Shown: positions 47,294 to 56,731, counted from the stretch's first letter. The stretch is 64,000 nucleotides of DNA from a virus (IMGVR_UViG_3300014205_000186:1-64000), one strand, 5' to 3'. The notes: generated by a model from the letters alone, not told the origin. Made by a program: numbers and translations.

Positions 47294-48388
47294 ATGGATA
47301 TATCGTTTTTAAGATCTTCTTCTATTGGAACATGGGAGGGTTACTGTCAGCATAAATATTTCATGGTATATGTTTTAGGAATGGAAGATCCATCTAATAT
47401 TAAGACAGAAGTTGGAACAGTTGTTCATGCTGTTTTAGAAATATTAGCTGGAATGAAAAAATCTTATCAAGATACTAGGAAATATGAATTTGAACATGCC
47501 GCTGGTTTATTTAAGTGTAAACCAACCCTTTTTATGAAACCGTATACATTAACTAATGAAGAAGTTGATTTAATCAATAAAAGTAGAAAAAATAAAGATA
47601 CTTATAAAGATCAGAATATTGTAGAATATGGACATAAAAGATACGGAATAGAAAATGTAGAAAATATATTAAGTCATGTTTACAAATATTATAGTGAAAG
47701 AAGTAGGCATGATTGGGGAAATATAGAATACAGAAATTGTCTAAATTTTACTTGGATGACTCTTGACTGGCAAAATGGAGAATTTGATACTAGAAAACGT
47801 AATATTATATATCCAGAATTACCTTTTAATATTGAAATTAAACAACCTTGGGCTAAATTACCAAATGGAGACTATTTAAGAATTAAAGGAACTATCGACT
47901 TAGTAACCGAAATAGATAAAGGGGTTATAGAATGTATAGATTATAAAACTGGGGCTAGATATGATTGGGGAAAAGGAAAAGAAAAAACCTACGAAGATTT
48001 AATGGAAGATCCTCAACTTATGCTTTATTACTATGCTTTAAGAAAATCTTTACCTGAATATGAAGCTGTTATGCTTTCAATATTTTTTATCAGAAATGGC
48101 GGGCCTTTTACTTTAGCTTTTGACGATTCAATCCTAGAAAAAGTTGAAAATAATCTTAGAAAAAACTTTGAAGAAATAAGAGATTGCCAAAAGCCTAAAT
48201 TAAGAGATCCTACTTATAAAGAATTTCAATGTAAGACACTTTGCGGTTTCTTTAAACAAAAAGTAGAAAATTCTTGTGTTTGTGACTATATTAGTAATGA
48301 AATCAAGGTGTACGGTATTGATGTGGCATCTAAAAGAAATAGAGTTAAGGGGTTTGAAGTTGGTAAATATAATCAACCAGGAGCATAA
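47294..48388 (+). CDS. PD-(D/E)xK nuclease (Cas4/RecB-like exonuclease family with C-terminal Cys cluster)
   Basis: GTIDLVTE...ECIDYKTG (D...ExK) and FQCKTLCGFF...CVCD. Confidence 0.6.
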   Translation: MDISFLRSSSIGTWEGYCQHKYFMVYVLGMEDPSNIKTEVGTVVHAVLEILAGMKKSYQDTRKYEFEHAAGLFKCKPTLFMKPYTLTNEEVDLINKSRKNKDTYKDQNIVEYGHKRYGIENVENILSHVYKYYSERSRHDWGNIEYRNCLNFTWMTLDWQNGEFDTRKRNIIYPELPFNIEIKQPWAKLPNGDYLRIKGTIDLVTEIDKGVIECIDYKTGARYDWGKGKEKTYEDLMEDPQLMLYYYALRKSLPEYEAVMLSIFFIRNGGPFTLAFDDSILEKVENNLRKNFEEIRDCQKPKLRDPTYKEFQCKTLCGFFKQKVENSCVCDYISNEIKVYGIDVASKRNRVKGFEVGKYNQPGA

Positions 48389-48390
48389 AT

Positions 48391-49425
48391 ATGAAATTTA
48401 TCTCTCTATACAAAAACATATTAACAAAACAATTTTTAGAACATGAATATATAGTTAAAAGAAGATCTATTATAAATATAGCAAATGAAATAAATTGTAG
48501 TACAAATACTATATATGCGTATTTAAGAAAATATGGTATAGAAGTAGAAAAAAGAAACGGCGAAATAAAACCTGGTCAAAAATTTAACAAACTAACAGCT
48601 ATAAAAGTTGTATCAAAAAGTAAAAATGGTACGTTTATATGGGAATGTTTATGTGATTGTGGTAATATTTCTAAAGTTAGAACATGTCAATTAAAAAATA
48701 ATACAACAAAAAGTTGCGGATGTATTTGCGGAAAGTCGCACGCAAATTGGTCTGGATACAAAGATATAAGCGGTAATTTCTTTTCTGGAGTTAAATCATC
48801 TGCTAAAACAAGAAATATTAATTTTAATATAACAATAGAAGATATTTGGAATTTATATCTAAATCAAAATAAAAAATGTTACTTATCAAATATTGAAATT
48901 CATTTTAATCAATATAAAGAAACTGCGTCGGTAGATAGAATTAATAGTTTATTAGATTATAATATTAATAATATAGCAATATGTCACAAAGATATTAATA
49001 AAATCAAAGCTTCTTTTTTAATAGAGGATTTTATAAAATATTGTAGATTAATAAGTTGTTTTAATAGTAAATTTAAGGCTATAGAAATAGATTTTAATTT
49101 ATCTAAGAGTTATTTTAAAGATTTGAAATATAACGCTAAAAGAAGAGGTAAAGATTTTTATATTAGTATTGAGGATATTGGAATAATATTTAAAAAGCAA
49201 GGTGGAGTATGTGCTTTAACAGGATTAGAATTAACATTTCCAACTAATTCAAAAGACTATAGAAATAGAATTCATAATTTTTCAGTAGATAGAATAGATA
49301 ATAAATTAGGATATTATATTAATAATATTCAAATTGTTCATAAGCTAATAAACCAATCAAGGAAAGATCTAGAAATAGATTATTATAAAGAATTATGTCA
49401 GAAAATCAGTCTATCAAACAATTAA
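48391..49425 (+). CDS. protein with N-terminal Cys cluster and two tandem degenerate HNH_3-like domains
   Basis: WECLCDCGNISKVRTCQLKNNTTKSCGC; repeats ...CYLSNIEIHF...SVDRINSLLDYNINNIAICHKDINKIK and ...CALTGLELTF...SVDRIDNKLGYYINNIQIVHKLINQSRK. Confidence 0.5.
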   Translation: MKFISLYKNILTKQFLEHEYIVKRRSIINIANEINCSTNTIYAYLRKYGIEVEKRNGEIKPGQKFNKLTAIKVVSKSKNGTFIWECLCDCGNISKVRTCQLKNNTTKSCGCICGKSHANWSGYKDISGNFFSGVKSSAKTRNINFNITIEDIWNLYLNQNKKCYLSNIEIHFNQYKETASVDRINSLLDYNINNIAICHKDINKIKASFLIEDFIKYCRLISCFNSKFKAIEIDFNLSKSYFKDLKYNAKRRGKDFYISIEDIGIIFKKQGGVCALTGLELTFPTNSKDYRNRIHNFSVDRIDNKLGYYINNIQIVHKLINQSRKDLEIDYYKELCQKISLSNN

Positions 49426-51212
49426 ATTGGGTTCCTTTCCATATACATTCGACATACTCGATTTTAGATGGTATTATTAAGCCAGATAAACTTGCTAAAA
49501 GATGTAAAGAACTTGGATATAAACACTGTATGATAACAGATCATGGCAGCGTATCTGGTTTTATTAAATTTGCTACCGCAATGAAAAAAGAAGGTATTAT
49601 TCCGATTTTAGGAACAGAATTCTACTTATCTTATAAAGATTCTACTATTCAAGATGCCGATAATAGAAAACTTTTTCATATGGTTGTTTGTGCTAAAAAT
49701 AAAGCTTCTTGGACCAATCTTGTAAAAGCTATATCAGAAAGTAATAGAAAAGAGAATTTTTATTATAAGCCAAGACTGGATACTGAAAAATTAGCTAATA
49801 TTATTGGTGATTCTTGTTATATTTTCTCTGGTCATCCAGGATCATATTTGTGGGATTTTAAAACAGAAAACGAAATTATTACCGGAATAGAGTATTTAAA
49901 GGGTTTGTTTGGTAATAATCTTTATTTAGAACTACAAAGGTTTATTAGAGATTCAGAAGTAGATTCTCATATTAACCTTCTTAAATCTGCTGGAGAAAAG
50001 ACTAATACCCCGGCGATAGCTTGTATAGATGCTCATTATACTAATCAAGAAGATGTTAATTTACACAGAATAGTTTTATGTTCTAATCTACATAAGACTC
50101 TTCCTCAAATCAATAGAATGAAATCTGGAGATAAACCAATGGGAGTTTTCTTTGAAAAAGATTACTTCTATGTTCCTTCTTTAGATGAATTAAAGGATTT
50201 TGGCCATTCTGATGAAGAACTAGACATGTCTTCAATTACCAGTAATATTGAAAGCTTTGATTTACAAGAACAGCCAAGATTACCAAAATTCGTTGATGAC
50301 GAAGAAGAATATTTTAGAGAACGCTGTAGAGAAGGGTTTAAGGCTAAAAGAACTGTTTTATGGGATTCTAAGTATGTTGATAGAGTTAAATATGAACTAG
50401 ATGTTTTAACAGAAGCTAAATTATCTGGATATTTTCTTATTGTTTCTGATTATATTAACTGGGCAAAAAATAAGGGAATTCTTGTTGGTCCAGCTAGAGG
50501 TTCTAGTTTAGGTAGCTTAGTTTGCTATCTTTTAAATATAACCTCGATAGATCCTCTACCATATAATTTAGATTTTGAAAGATTCTATAATAGCTCAAGA
50601 AATACAAAAGATAACATTTCTCTTCCAGATATAGATACAGATTTTCCAGCTAATCTTAGAGAACAAGTAATTGAGTATATTCGTAATAAATATGGTAAAG
50701 ATAGGGTTTGTCAAATTGCAACATTTGGTACTTTGAAAGGAAAAGCTGCTTTAAAAGAGGTTTTTAGAGTTTGTGAAGTATGTGACTTTGAAACCATGAA
50801 TACAATAACTAAGCCAATGCCTAATGAGGCTGATATTGCAGATGAATTAGAGGAACAGGGAGAAGAATCAATTATTTCATGGTGTTTAAGAAATCAGCCA
50901 AAAATGTTTCAAGATTATTGTTATATCGAAAACGATGAACTAAAAGGTGAATATGCTCAATATTTTGAAATAGCTATTGAACTAGAAGGTATTCATAAAT
51001 CCCAAGGTAAACATGCTGCTGGATTAATCGTATCAAGAGATCCACTAGCAGATATTTCACCATTAATTTATGATAAATCTGGAGAAGCTATTGTCGCTTT
51101 AGATAAAAAAGATGCTGAAAAAATAGGTCTTGTTAAGTTTGACATATTAGGACTTTCTTGTTTGGATAAGCTAATGAGTGTTAATAATTTATTAAGAACC
51201 GGAAAAATATGA
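49395..51212 (+). CDS. dnaE: DNA polymerase III alpha (DnaE) fragment 1: PHP domain to start of palm
   Basis: NWVPFHIHSTYSILDG...MITDHGSVSGF (PHP); ends ...GLVKFDILGLSCLDKL where E. coli DnaE has FDFLGLKTLT. Confidence 0.8.
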   Translation: MSENQSIKQLNWVPFHIHSTYSILDGIIKPDKLAKRCKELGYKHCMITDHGSVSGFIKFATAMKKEGIIPILGTEFYLSYKDSTIQDADNRKLFHMVVCAKNKASWTNLVKAISESNRKENFYYKPRLDTEKLANIIGDSCYIFSGHPGSYLWDFKTENEIITGIEYLKGLFGNNLYLELQRFIRDSEVDSHINLLKSAGEKTNTPAIACIDAHYTNQEDVNLHRIVLCSNLHKTLPQINRMKSGDKPMGVFFEKDYFYVPSLDELKDFGHSDEELDMSSITSNIESFDLQEQPRLPKFVDDEEEYFRERCREGFKAKRTVLWDSKYVDRVKYELDVLTEAKLSGYFLIVSDYINWAKNKGILVGPARGSSLGSLVCYLLNITSIDPLPYNLDFERFYNSSRNTKDNISLPDIDTDFPANLREQVIEYIRNKYGKDRVCQIATFGTLKGKAALKEVFRVCEVCDFETMNTITKPMPNEADIADELEEQGEESIISWCLRNQPKMFQDYCYIENDELKGEYAQYFEIAIELEGIHKSQGKHAAGLIVSRDPLADISPLIYDKSGEAIVALDKKDAEKIGLVKFDILGLSCLDKLMSVNNLLRTGKI

Positions 51213-51862
51213 GAAAAGCTACCCAGTCTCAAATAGAAACATTTCATGAGTTTAATATTTTATTAGACACTAGAGAAATATTTCTTCATGGTCAAGATAC
51301 AGAAGATTCTGGAACAGATCATAGAATGGCTGCTGGTTTTATTAAAAATCTTAGAATACTTGAAAGATCAAATGAACCAATAATAATTCATCAACACAAT
51401 ATTGGAGGCTCTTGGGATTCTGGAATGGCTATATATGACGCGATTAAATATAGTCCTTGTAGATTTATTTTTATTTGTTATGGCATCGCGGCATCTATGG
51501 GTTCTATTATTCCTCAATCTGTATTAGATAAAGGGTATAGGGTTAGTATGCCAAATTGCGATTGGCTGATCCATGAAGGAGATTTATATTTAGATGGTAT
51601 TTATACACAGGTTAAATCAAATCTAGATTATATGAATATTAATAAACACGCTATGTACGAGATATATACCGATTGTTGTTGTGGAGGTATATTTTTCGAA
51701 ACATATTCTAGATCTAAAGTTAAAGCTTTTTTAAAGAGAAAAATAAGAGAAAAAACCGATTGGTGCTTTGGATCTAAAGAGGCATTAGAATATGGTTTTG
51801 TTGATGGAATTTTGGGTGAAGAAGAATTTAAAAATATTAAAACAATTTTAGAGAGCTTATAA
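51209..51862 (+). CDS. ClpP-like serine protease
   Basis: GGSWDSGMAIYDAIKYSPC...YGIAASMGSII...CDWLIHEG parallels the ClpP Ser-His motif segments. Confidence 0.6.
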   Translation: MRKATQSQIETFHEFNILLDTREIFLHGQDTEDSGTDHRMAAGFIKNLRILERSNEPIIIHQHNIGGSWDSGMAIYDAIKYSPCRFIFICYGIAASMGSIIPQSVLDKGYRVSMPNCDWLIHEGDLYLDGIYTQVKSNLDYMNINKHAMYEIYTDCCCGGIFFETYSRSKVKAFLKRKIREKTDWCFGSKEALEYGFVDGILGEEEFKNIKTILESL

Positions 51863-51961
51863 TGGAAAGTAAAATACATGGATATATTTATTTAATTACT
51901 AAAATATTTAAAACTTTAGAAGATGCAATAAAATTTAAAACAAATATAGACAAGGAAAACA

Positions 51962-52624
51962 ATGCCAATACATAATTCAACTTATTTAATGTATGATTTT
52001 GAAACGGGTTCAAGAAATCCGTATACTACACAAGCTATTCAAATAGCAGCTATAGCAATAGAACCAAGAAGTCTAGAAGTTGTTCCAGGAAGTGAATTTG
52101 AATCTTTAATTAAACCAGAGTTTGACGAAATTAAATGTAAAGAGCTTGAAATTGACATGTTAGAGGATCAGGCTTTAGCCGTTAATGGTAAAACTAGAGA
52201 AGAATTAGCAGAAGCACCGCAATTAAAAGTTGTTTGGAAATCTTTTACGCAATATTGTATGAACTATAATCCATCTGGAAAGAAATGGACAGCACCTTGT
52301 TTGGTTGGTTTTAATAATATAGGTTTTGATAATGTAATTCTTAATAGAATGGCTAAACAATATGGTCCCTGGGATTCCGAACGAGAACAATGTAATCTAT
52401 TTAACCCGATTATTAAGCTAGATTTAATGCAGATGCTATTACCGTGGTTTGAATCAGAATATAATTTAAAAACTATCAGTATGGATAATATGAGAGATTT
52501 TCTAGGTATGTCTAAAGAGGGTGGCCACGATGCTTTACAAGACGTTCGTGATCAAGCTGAAATATTCATAAAAACTATGAAATTAACAAGAAAATGTTCT
52601 AAGGTAGTAACGTGGAAAAAATAA
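51962..52624 (+). CDS. DnaQ-like 3'-5' exonuclease (DEDDh)
   Basis: Exo I MYDFETGS, Exo II GFNNIGFDNVIL, Exo III GGHDALQDVRD. Confidence 0.7.
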   Translation: MPIHNSTYLMYDFETGSRNPYTTQAIQIAAIAIEPRSLEVVPGSEFESLIKPEFDEIKCKELEIDMLEDQALAVNGKTREELAEAPQLKVVWKSFTQYCMNYNPSGKKWTAPCLVGFNNIGFDNVILNRMAKQYGPWDSEREQCNLFNPIIKLDLMQMLLPWFESEYNLKTISMDNMRDFLGMSKEGGHDALQDVRDQAEIFIKTMKLTRKCSKVVTWKK

Positions 52625-53166
52625 ATTTAACAAATAAAAAATTTGGAAGAATAACGGCTTTATATCCCACTGAAGAAAGAAAATATAGAGCTATTGTATG
52701 GCAATGTAAATGTGATTGCGGAAATTATATTAATGTAACTATACAATCATTAAAAAGCGGTAATACAAAAAGCTGTGGATGTTCTAGATATAAATATAAT
52801 TATAAAGAAGAAAAATTATTAAAGTATTTTACATCTTTGGATTTTTCTGCGAAAAGAAGAAAAATAGAATTTAAAATTACTTTAGATGACATATATAAAC
52901 AATGGTATGACCAAAACGGATTATGTAATTATACTAATATAAAATTAAAACTACCATATGAAAAAGATGAATTTACCGGATCAATTGATAGAATTAATAG
53001 TTCTATTGGATATACTAAAAATAATATACAATGGATTTTAAAAGAAATTAATTTTATGAAAGGTAATATGTCTGAAAGTAAATTTAAAACTATTTGTAGA
53101 CTAGTATCAAATGGTGAAAATAATGTTTTTAATTTTTGGGAGTCTTACGAAAACGAGTTGAGATAA
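52612..53166 (+). CDS. protein with N-terminal Cys cluster and degenerate HNH_3-like domain
   Basis: WQCKCDCGNYINVTIQSLKSGNTKSCGCS; ...GLCNYTNIKL...SIDRINSSIGYTKNNIQWILKEINFMK. Confidence 0.5.
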   Translation: MEKINLTNKKFGRITALYPTEERKYRAIVWQCKCDCGNYINVTIQSLKSGNTKSCGCSRYKYNYKEEKLLKYFTSLDFSAKRRKIEFKITLDDIYKQWYDQNGLCNYTNIKLKLPYEKDEFTGSIDRINSSIGYTKNNIQWILKEINFMKGNMSESKFKTICRLVSNGENNVFNFWESYENELR

Positions 53167-53384
53167 TGTTTTTTAAAAAGCAAAAAGAAAAAGAGAGCAA
53201 GTATACTGAAGGTTTTAATGCTGCGTATTATTCACATAGTAATAGTAAAAACCCGTACAACTATCTTAAAGAAGAAAAAGAGCATAGAGAATGGTTTACT
53301 GGATATACGGACGGTATTAATGCTACAAATATTATGATGAATAAAAGTATTTTTAATTATAGCAACCCAAAATGTAGTGGATAA
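53136..53384 (+). CDS. hypothetical protein
   Basis: 82-aa ORF. Confidence 0.35.
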   Translation: MGVLRKRVEIMFFKKQKEKESKYTEGFNAAYYSHSNSKNPYNYLKEEKEHREWFTGYTDGINATNIMMNKSIFNYSNPKCSG

Positions 53385-53386
53385 AA

Positions 53387-53734
53387 ATGATTATTAGAAC
53401 TGATAGTATAAAAGAAATTAGTAATATTATATGTGATAATATTCTAATAAAAGATAAAACAGTAATTATTATTGATAGTAAACCAATTATAGATCTTATT
53501 ACAAAAGATGTTTTATTACATATAGAAAAATATTATTTAGATATCAATATAAGAATATCAGACCTAGATTTTAAACAAATAGGTGAATTCATTTTAATGG
53601 GTATTATTGACGGTTCTCGTATTAGAGGTTTAAGGGCTAAAAATATTATCATATATAATTATGAAATTTTGAAAGAAAAATACAAAGATCATATTGAAAA
53701 TATTATTAATGGTTATAATGCTATTAGTGAGTAG
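53387..53734 (+). CDS. hypothetical protein
   Basis: 115-aa ORF. Confidence 0.4.
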   Translation: MIIRTDSIKEISNIICDNILIKDKTVIIIDSKPIIDLITKDVLLHIEKYYLDINIRISDLDFKQIGEFILMGIIDGSRIRGLRAKNIIIYNYEILKEKYKDHIENIINGYNAISE

Positions 53735-53760
53735 AAATAAATTATTAAATAGGATGAAAA

Positions 53761-54654
53761 ATGTATTATAAGTTTGCTTGCGGCTGTAAATTTAAACAGC
53801 TTGATAGTGTTGTAAAAGATTGCGATGGATTACCATCTATTGAGCTTGATTATTATAATTTACCAGAATGCCCAAACGTTTGGCCAATGTTAGCTACTGG
53901 TAAAACTAAGGGGGTATTTCAATTAGAAAAATCTCTCGGTAAACACTGGTGCAAAGAATTATACCCAGAGAATATTCATCACTTAGCTGCTTTGGCAAGT
54001 ATACTACGTCCTGGGATATTAGAAAGTATTGTAGATGATAAGAGTTTAACACAGCATTATTGCGATAATAAGAACCATAGACAAGAAGTTATTCCTATGC
54101 ATCCAGCTTTAGAAAAGATTCTTGAAGATACTCAACAAATTATTATCTTTCAAGAACAAATTCTATTAATAGCTAAAGAGATAGCTGGTTTTACTGGTGT
54201 TGAAGCCGATACTTTAAGAAGAGGTATTGGTCATAAAGATGCCAAAGTTGTTTTTGAAATGGAAAAGAAATTTATTGATGGTTCTGTTAGGGTTGGAAAA
54301 ATAACGGAACAAGACGCCAAAAATATATTTGATATTATTAAAAAATCTGCCAGGTACAGTTTTAATGCGTGCTTAAGTCCAGAAACAGTTGTAGAAACTA
54401 AAAGCGGATATAAAACTATTGAAGAACTTAACATTGGAGAATTTATAAAAGCCCCAAACAAAAATATTGAAGAATTTATTGAAGTTACCAATAAAATAGA
54501 GCAAGGTACACAAGAAGTTTATGAGATTACATTAGAATCTGGTAAAACAATAGAATGTACAATAGACCATAAATTCTTATGTGAAGATGGTTCTATTATT
54601 CCACTTTGGCAAATTATAGAAGAAAATAAAAAAATTATTTGTGAAAACGAATAA
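53761..54654 (+). CDS. dnaE: DnaE fragment 2 (palm/fingers segment) fused to the N-terminal half of a split intein
   Basis: ...GKTKGVFQLEKS...ALASILRPG... (DnaE) ends ...SARYSFNA then intein N CLSPETVVETKSGYKTIEEL...TIDHKFL, stop after about 94 intein residues. Confidence 0.8.
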   Translation: MYYKFACGCKFKQLDSVVKDCDGLPSIELDYYNLPECPNVWPMLATGKTKGVFQLEKSLGKHWCKELYPENIHHLAALASILRPGILESIVDDKSLTQHYCDNKNHRQEVIPMHPALEKILEDTQQIIIFQEQILLIAKEIAGFTGVEADTLRRGIGHKDAKVVFEMEKKFIDGSVRVGKITEQDAKNIFDIIKKSARYSFNACLSPETVVETKSGYKTIEELNIGEFIKAPNKNIEEFIEVTNKIEQGTQEVYEITLESGKTIECTIDHKFLCEDGSIIPLWQIIEENKKIICENE

Positions 54655-55699
54655 AAAGAGTATTTATTAGTATGAGACTTACTAATAAAGGGCATTCTAT
54701 GGATTACGATATTAAAAAAGAAGAATGGCATAATTGTAAACTGTGCAACAAAAAAATAGAAGATTTAGCAAAAATATTTGGCGGATCAAATGTATATTAT
54801 ACAAAAGTTTTTATAAAACATTTAAAAGAAGATCATAATATCTCAAAAGAAGAATATTTTGAAAAATTTACCAAAAGACCTATTTGTAAATGTAATATAT
54901 GTAATAAAAACGTAGATATAAAAACTCGCGGATCAAAATTTTCTTGGAAAGAATATAAATGCGGAAGATTTAAAGGTATAATGGAATGGTCAGAAAAGGC
55001 TAAAGAAACTAGGAAAGGTAAAAATAATCCAATGTATGGGGCGACCCCTTGGAATAAAGGATTAGATAATTCTGACCAAAGAATAAAAGCTATTGCTGAT
55101 AAAAGAAGGGGAATAAAAACAAGTAAAGAAACTAAGAAAAAACAAAAAGAATCAGCTTTAAAAAGAATAGTTCATGGACATACTGGTAAAAAACATTCGG
55201 AGGAAACTAAGAACTTCTTAAGAAAAAATACTTTAAGGCTTATTAAAGAGGGAAAACTTTGCGGAACAACTAAAACAAAGCCACATTTAGAGTTTGAAAA
55301 AATATTAATTAAAAACCATATTAAATATGAAGAAGAAAAAATTGTAAGTTATTGGTCTTTTGATTTTTATTTAGTTGATTATAATGTTTATATTGAGGTT
55401 GATGGAGACTATTGGCACTCTAATCCAAAAACATATCCAAATGGACCAAAAACAAAATCTCAAAAAATAAATTATGCTAGAGACTTATCGAAAAATAAAT
55501 ATTGCATTAAAAATAATTTAACCCTATATAGATATTGGGAATGCGATATTTTAAACAGTATTGATAAAATTGAAAAGGAATTATTGTGCAAGCTGAAAAA
55601 ATTATAAATATTAAACATATTGGTAAAAAAAGAACTGTTGATATTACTGTAAATAGCGACTCTCATATATTTTATGGTAATGGTATAGCAACCTCAAAT
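54370..55699 (+). mobile_element. naturally split intein with intervening free-standing endonuclease gene (fractured-gene arrangement)
   Basis: Int-N 54370-54651 (Cys1, block B T..H); endonuclease ORF 54672-55607; Int-C 55586-55699 (...RTVDITVNSDSHIFYGNGIATSN then Ser+1 of the SHAYAYG extein). Confidence 0.7.
54672..55607 (+). CDS. free-standing homing-type endonuclease: NUMOD-repeat DNA-binding region + Vsr/DUF559-like PD-(D/E)xK nuclease domain
   Basis: NUMOD-like repeats GKNNPMYGATPWNKGL, GIKTSKETKKK, HGHTGKKHSEETK; C-terminus FDFYLVDYNVYIEVDGDYWHSNPKTY...LTLYRYWECD (Vsr/DUF559-like). Confidence 0.65.
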   Translation: MRLTNKGHSMDYDIKKEEWHNCKLCNKKIEDLAKIFGGSNVYYTKVFIKHLKEDHNISKEEYFEKFTKRPICKCNICNKNVDIKTRGSKFSWKEYKCGRFKGIMEWSEKAKETRKGKNNPMYGATPWNKGLDNSDQRIKAIADKRRGIKTSKETKKKQKESALKRIVHGHTGKKHSEETKNFLRKNTLRLIKEGKLCGTTKTKPHLEFEKILIKNHIKYEEEKIVSYWSFDFYLVDYNVYIEVDGDYWHSNPKTYPNGPKTKSQKINYARDLSKNKYCIKNNLTLYRYWECDILNSIDKIEKELLCKLKKL

Positions 55700-56731
55700 A
55701 GTCATGCTTATGCTTATGGTACTATTGGTTATTGGACAGCATTTGCTAAAAACCATTTTCCATTACATTTTTACGCGGCTTATATAGCTCATGCTAAAGA
55801 TAAACAAGATCCAAAAGAAGAAATTAAAGAGCTTGTAGATGATGCTAGAAACTTTGGGGTAGAAATTGTTCCTCCGCATGTTAGTTCTCTAAAAAATAAT
55901 AGAAGTGGCGATGTTACAATTGAAGATCAAAAAATACTATTTGGTATCATTGATATTAAGGGCATAGGACAAAAACAAATAGAAAAACTATATGATTCTA
56001 TTCAAGAAAAAGAAAAGGTTTTAAATAAGGATATTAAGAAATGGTCTTGGAATGATTTTCTTTTTAACGCTAATGTGAGTTCTACAGTTGTAAATAACTT
56101 AATATTAGTTGGAGCAACTCCAGGTGGTGTACCTCGCAAACAAAAAGCATATGAATACTCTATCTTCCAAAATTTAACAGAAAGAGAATTTAACTGGTTT
56201 GCCGAACACTATCAAGAATATGAAAACTTTGCTGATTCTTTGGAAAAATATTCTACTATAGAAAGAAAAGAGGGCGGACCTTCAAATGTTAAAAGAAAAG
56301 CTTTTATAGAAGATTCTGCAAAAAGCCTTAAAAATTCTCCATATTCAACAAAAGATCATCCAGACTGGATTGTAGCTAATGAAAGAGAATATATTGGAAT
56401 TCCTATAACCTATTCTTCTACAGAAAACAAAATGGTTAATACAGGAATGACCTGTGCTGACTTTTTAGGTGGTAAAAGAGGAAAAATAAACATTTTAGTA
56501 GAAATATCTTCATTTAAAGAGTATACTATTAAAAAGGGACAGAATGCTGGCTTGTTAATGTGTGTTCTTGAATTAAAAGATTCAACAGAATCAATTACCG
56601 GAATTATGTTTCATGAAGACTATAAGGAAAATCAAGAGTATTTATTTGATGGTAATGTTGTTTTAGTTGCCGGATTTAGAAGTAAAAAAGATCCTAATTG
56701 TTTAATTATTAATAAGGTAGAACAAGTATGA
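55586..56731 (+). CDS. dnaE: C-terminal half of the split intein fused to DnaE fragment 3
   Basis: After ...ATSN the extein SHAYAYGTIGYWTAFAKNHFPLHFYAAYIAH matches DnaE [22 protein letters not shown]... Confidence 0.8.
   Translation: MQAEKIINIKHIGKKRTVDITVNSDSHIFYGNGIATSNSHAYAYGTIGYWTAFAKNHFPLHFYAAYIAHAKDKQDPKEEIKELVDDARNFGVEIVPPHVSSLKNNRSGDVTIEDQKILFGIIDIKGIGQKQIEKLYDSIQEKEKVLNKDIKKWSWNDFLFNANVSSTVVNNLILVGATPGGVPRKQKAYEYSIFQNLTEREFNWFAEHYQEYENFADSLEKYSTIERKEGGPSNVKRKAFIEDSAKSLKNSPYSTKDHPDWIVANEREYIGIPITYSSTENKMVNTGMTCADFLGGKRGKINILVEISSFKEYTIKKGQNAGLLMCVLELKDSTESITGIMFHEDYKENQEYLFDGNVVLVAGFRSKKDPNCLIINKVEQV

Noticed and set aside
51209-53761. A second intein at the dnaE fragment 1/fragment 2 junction
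   Set aside because: Fragment 1 ends and fragment 2 begins with polymerase sequence only; no Hint blocks, no Cys/Ser+1 and no HN at the junctions. It is interpreted as a plain gene split with inserted genes.
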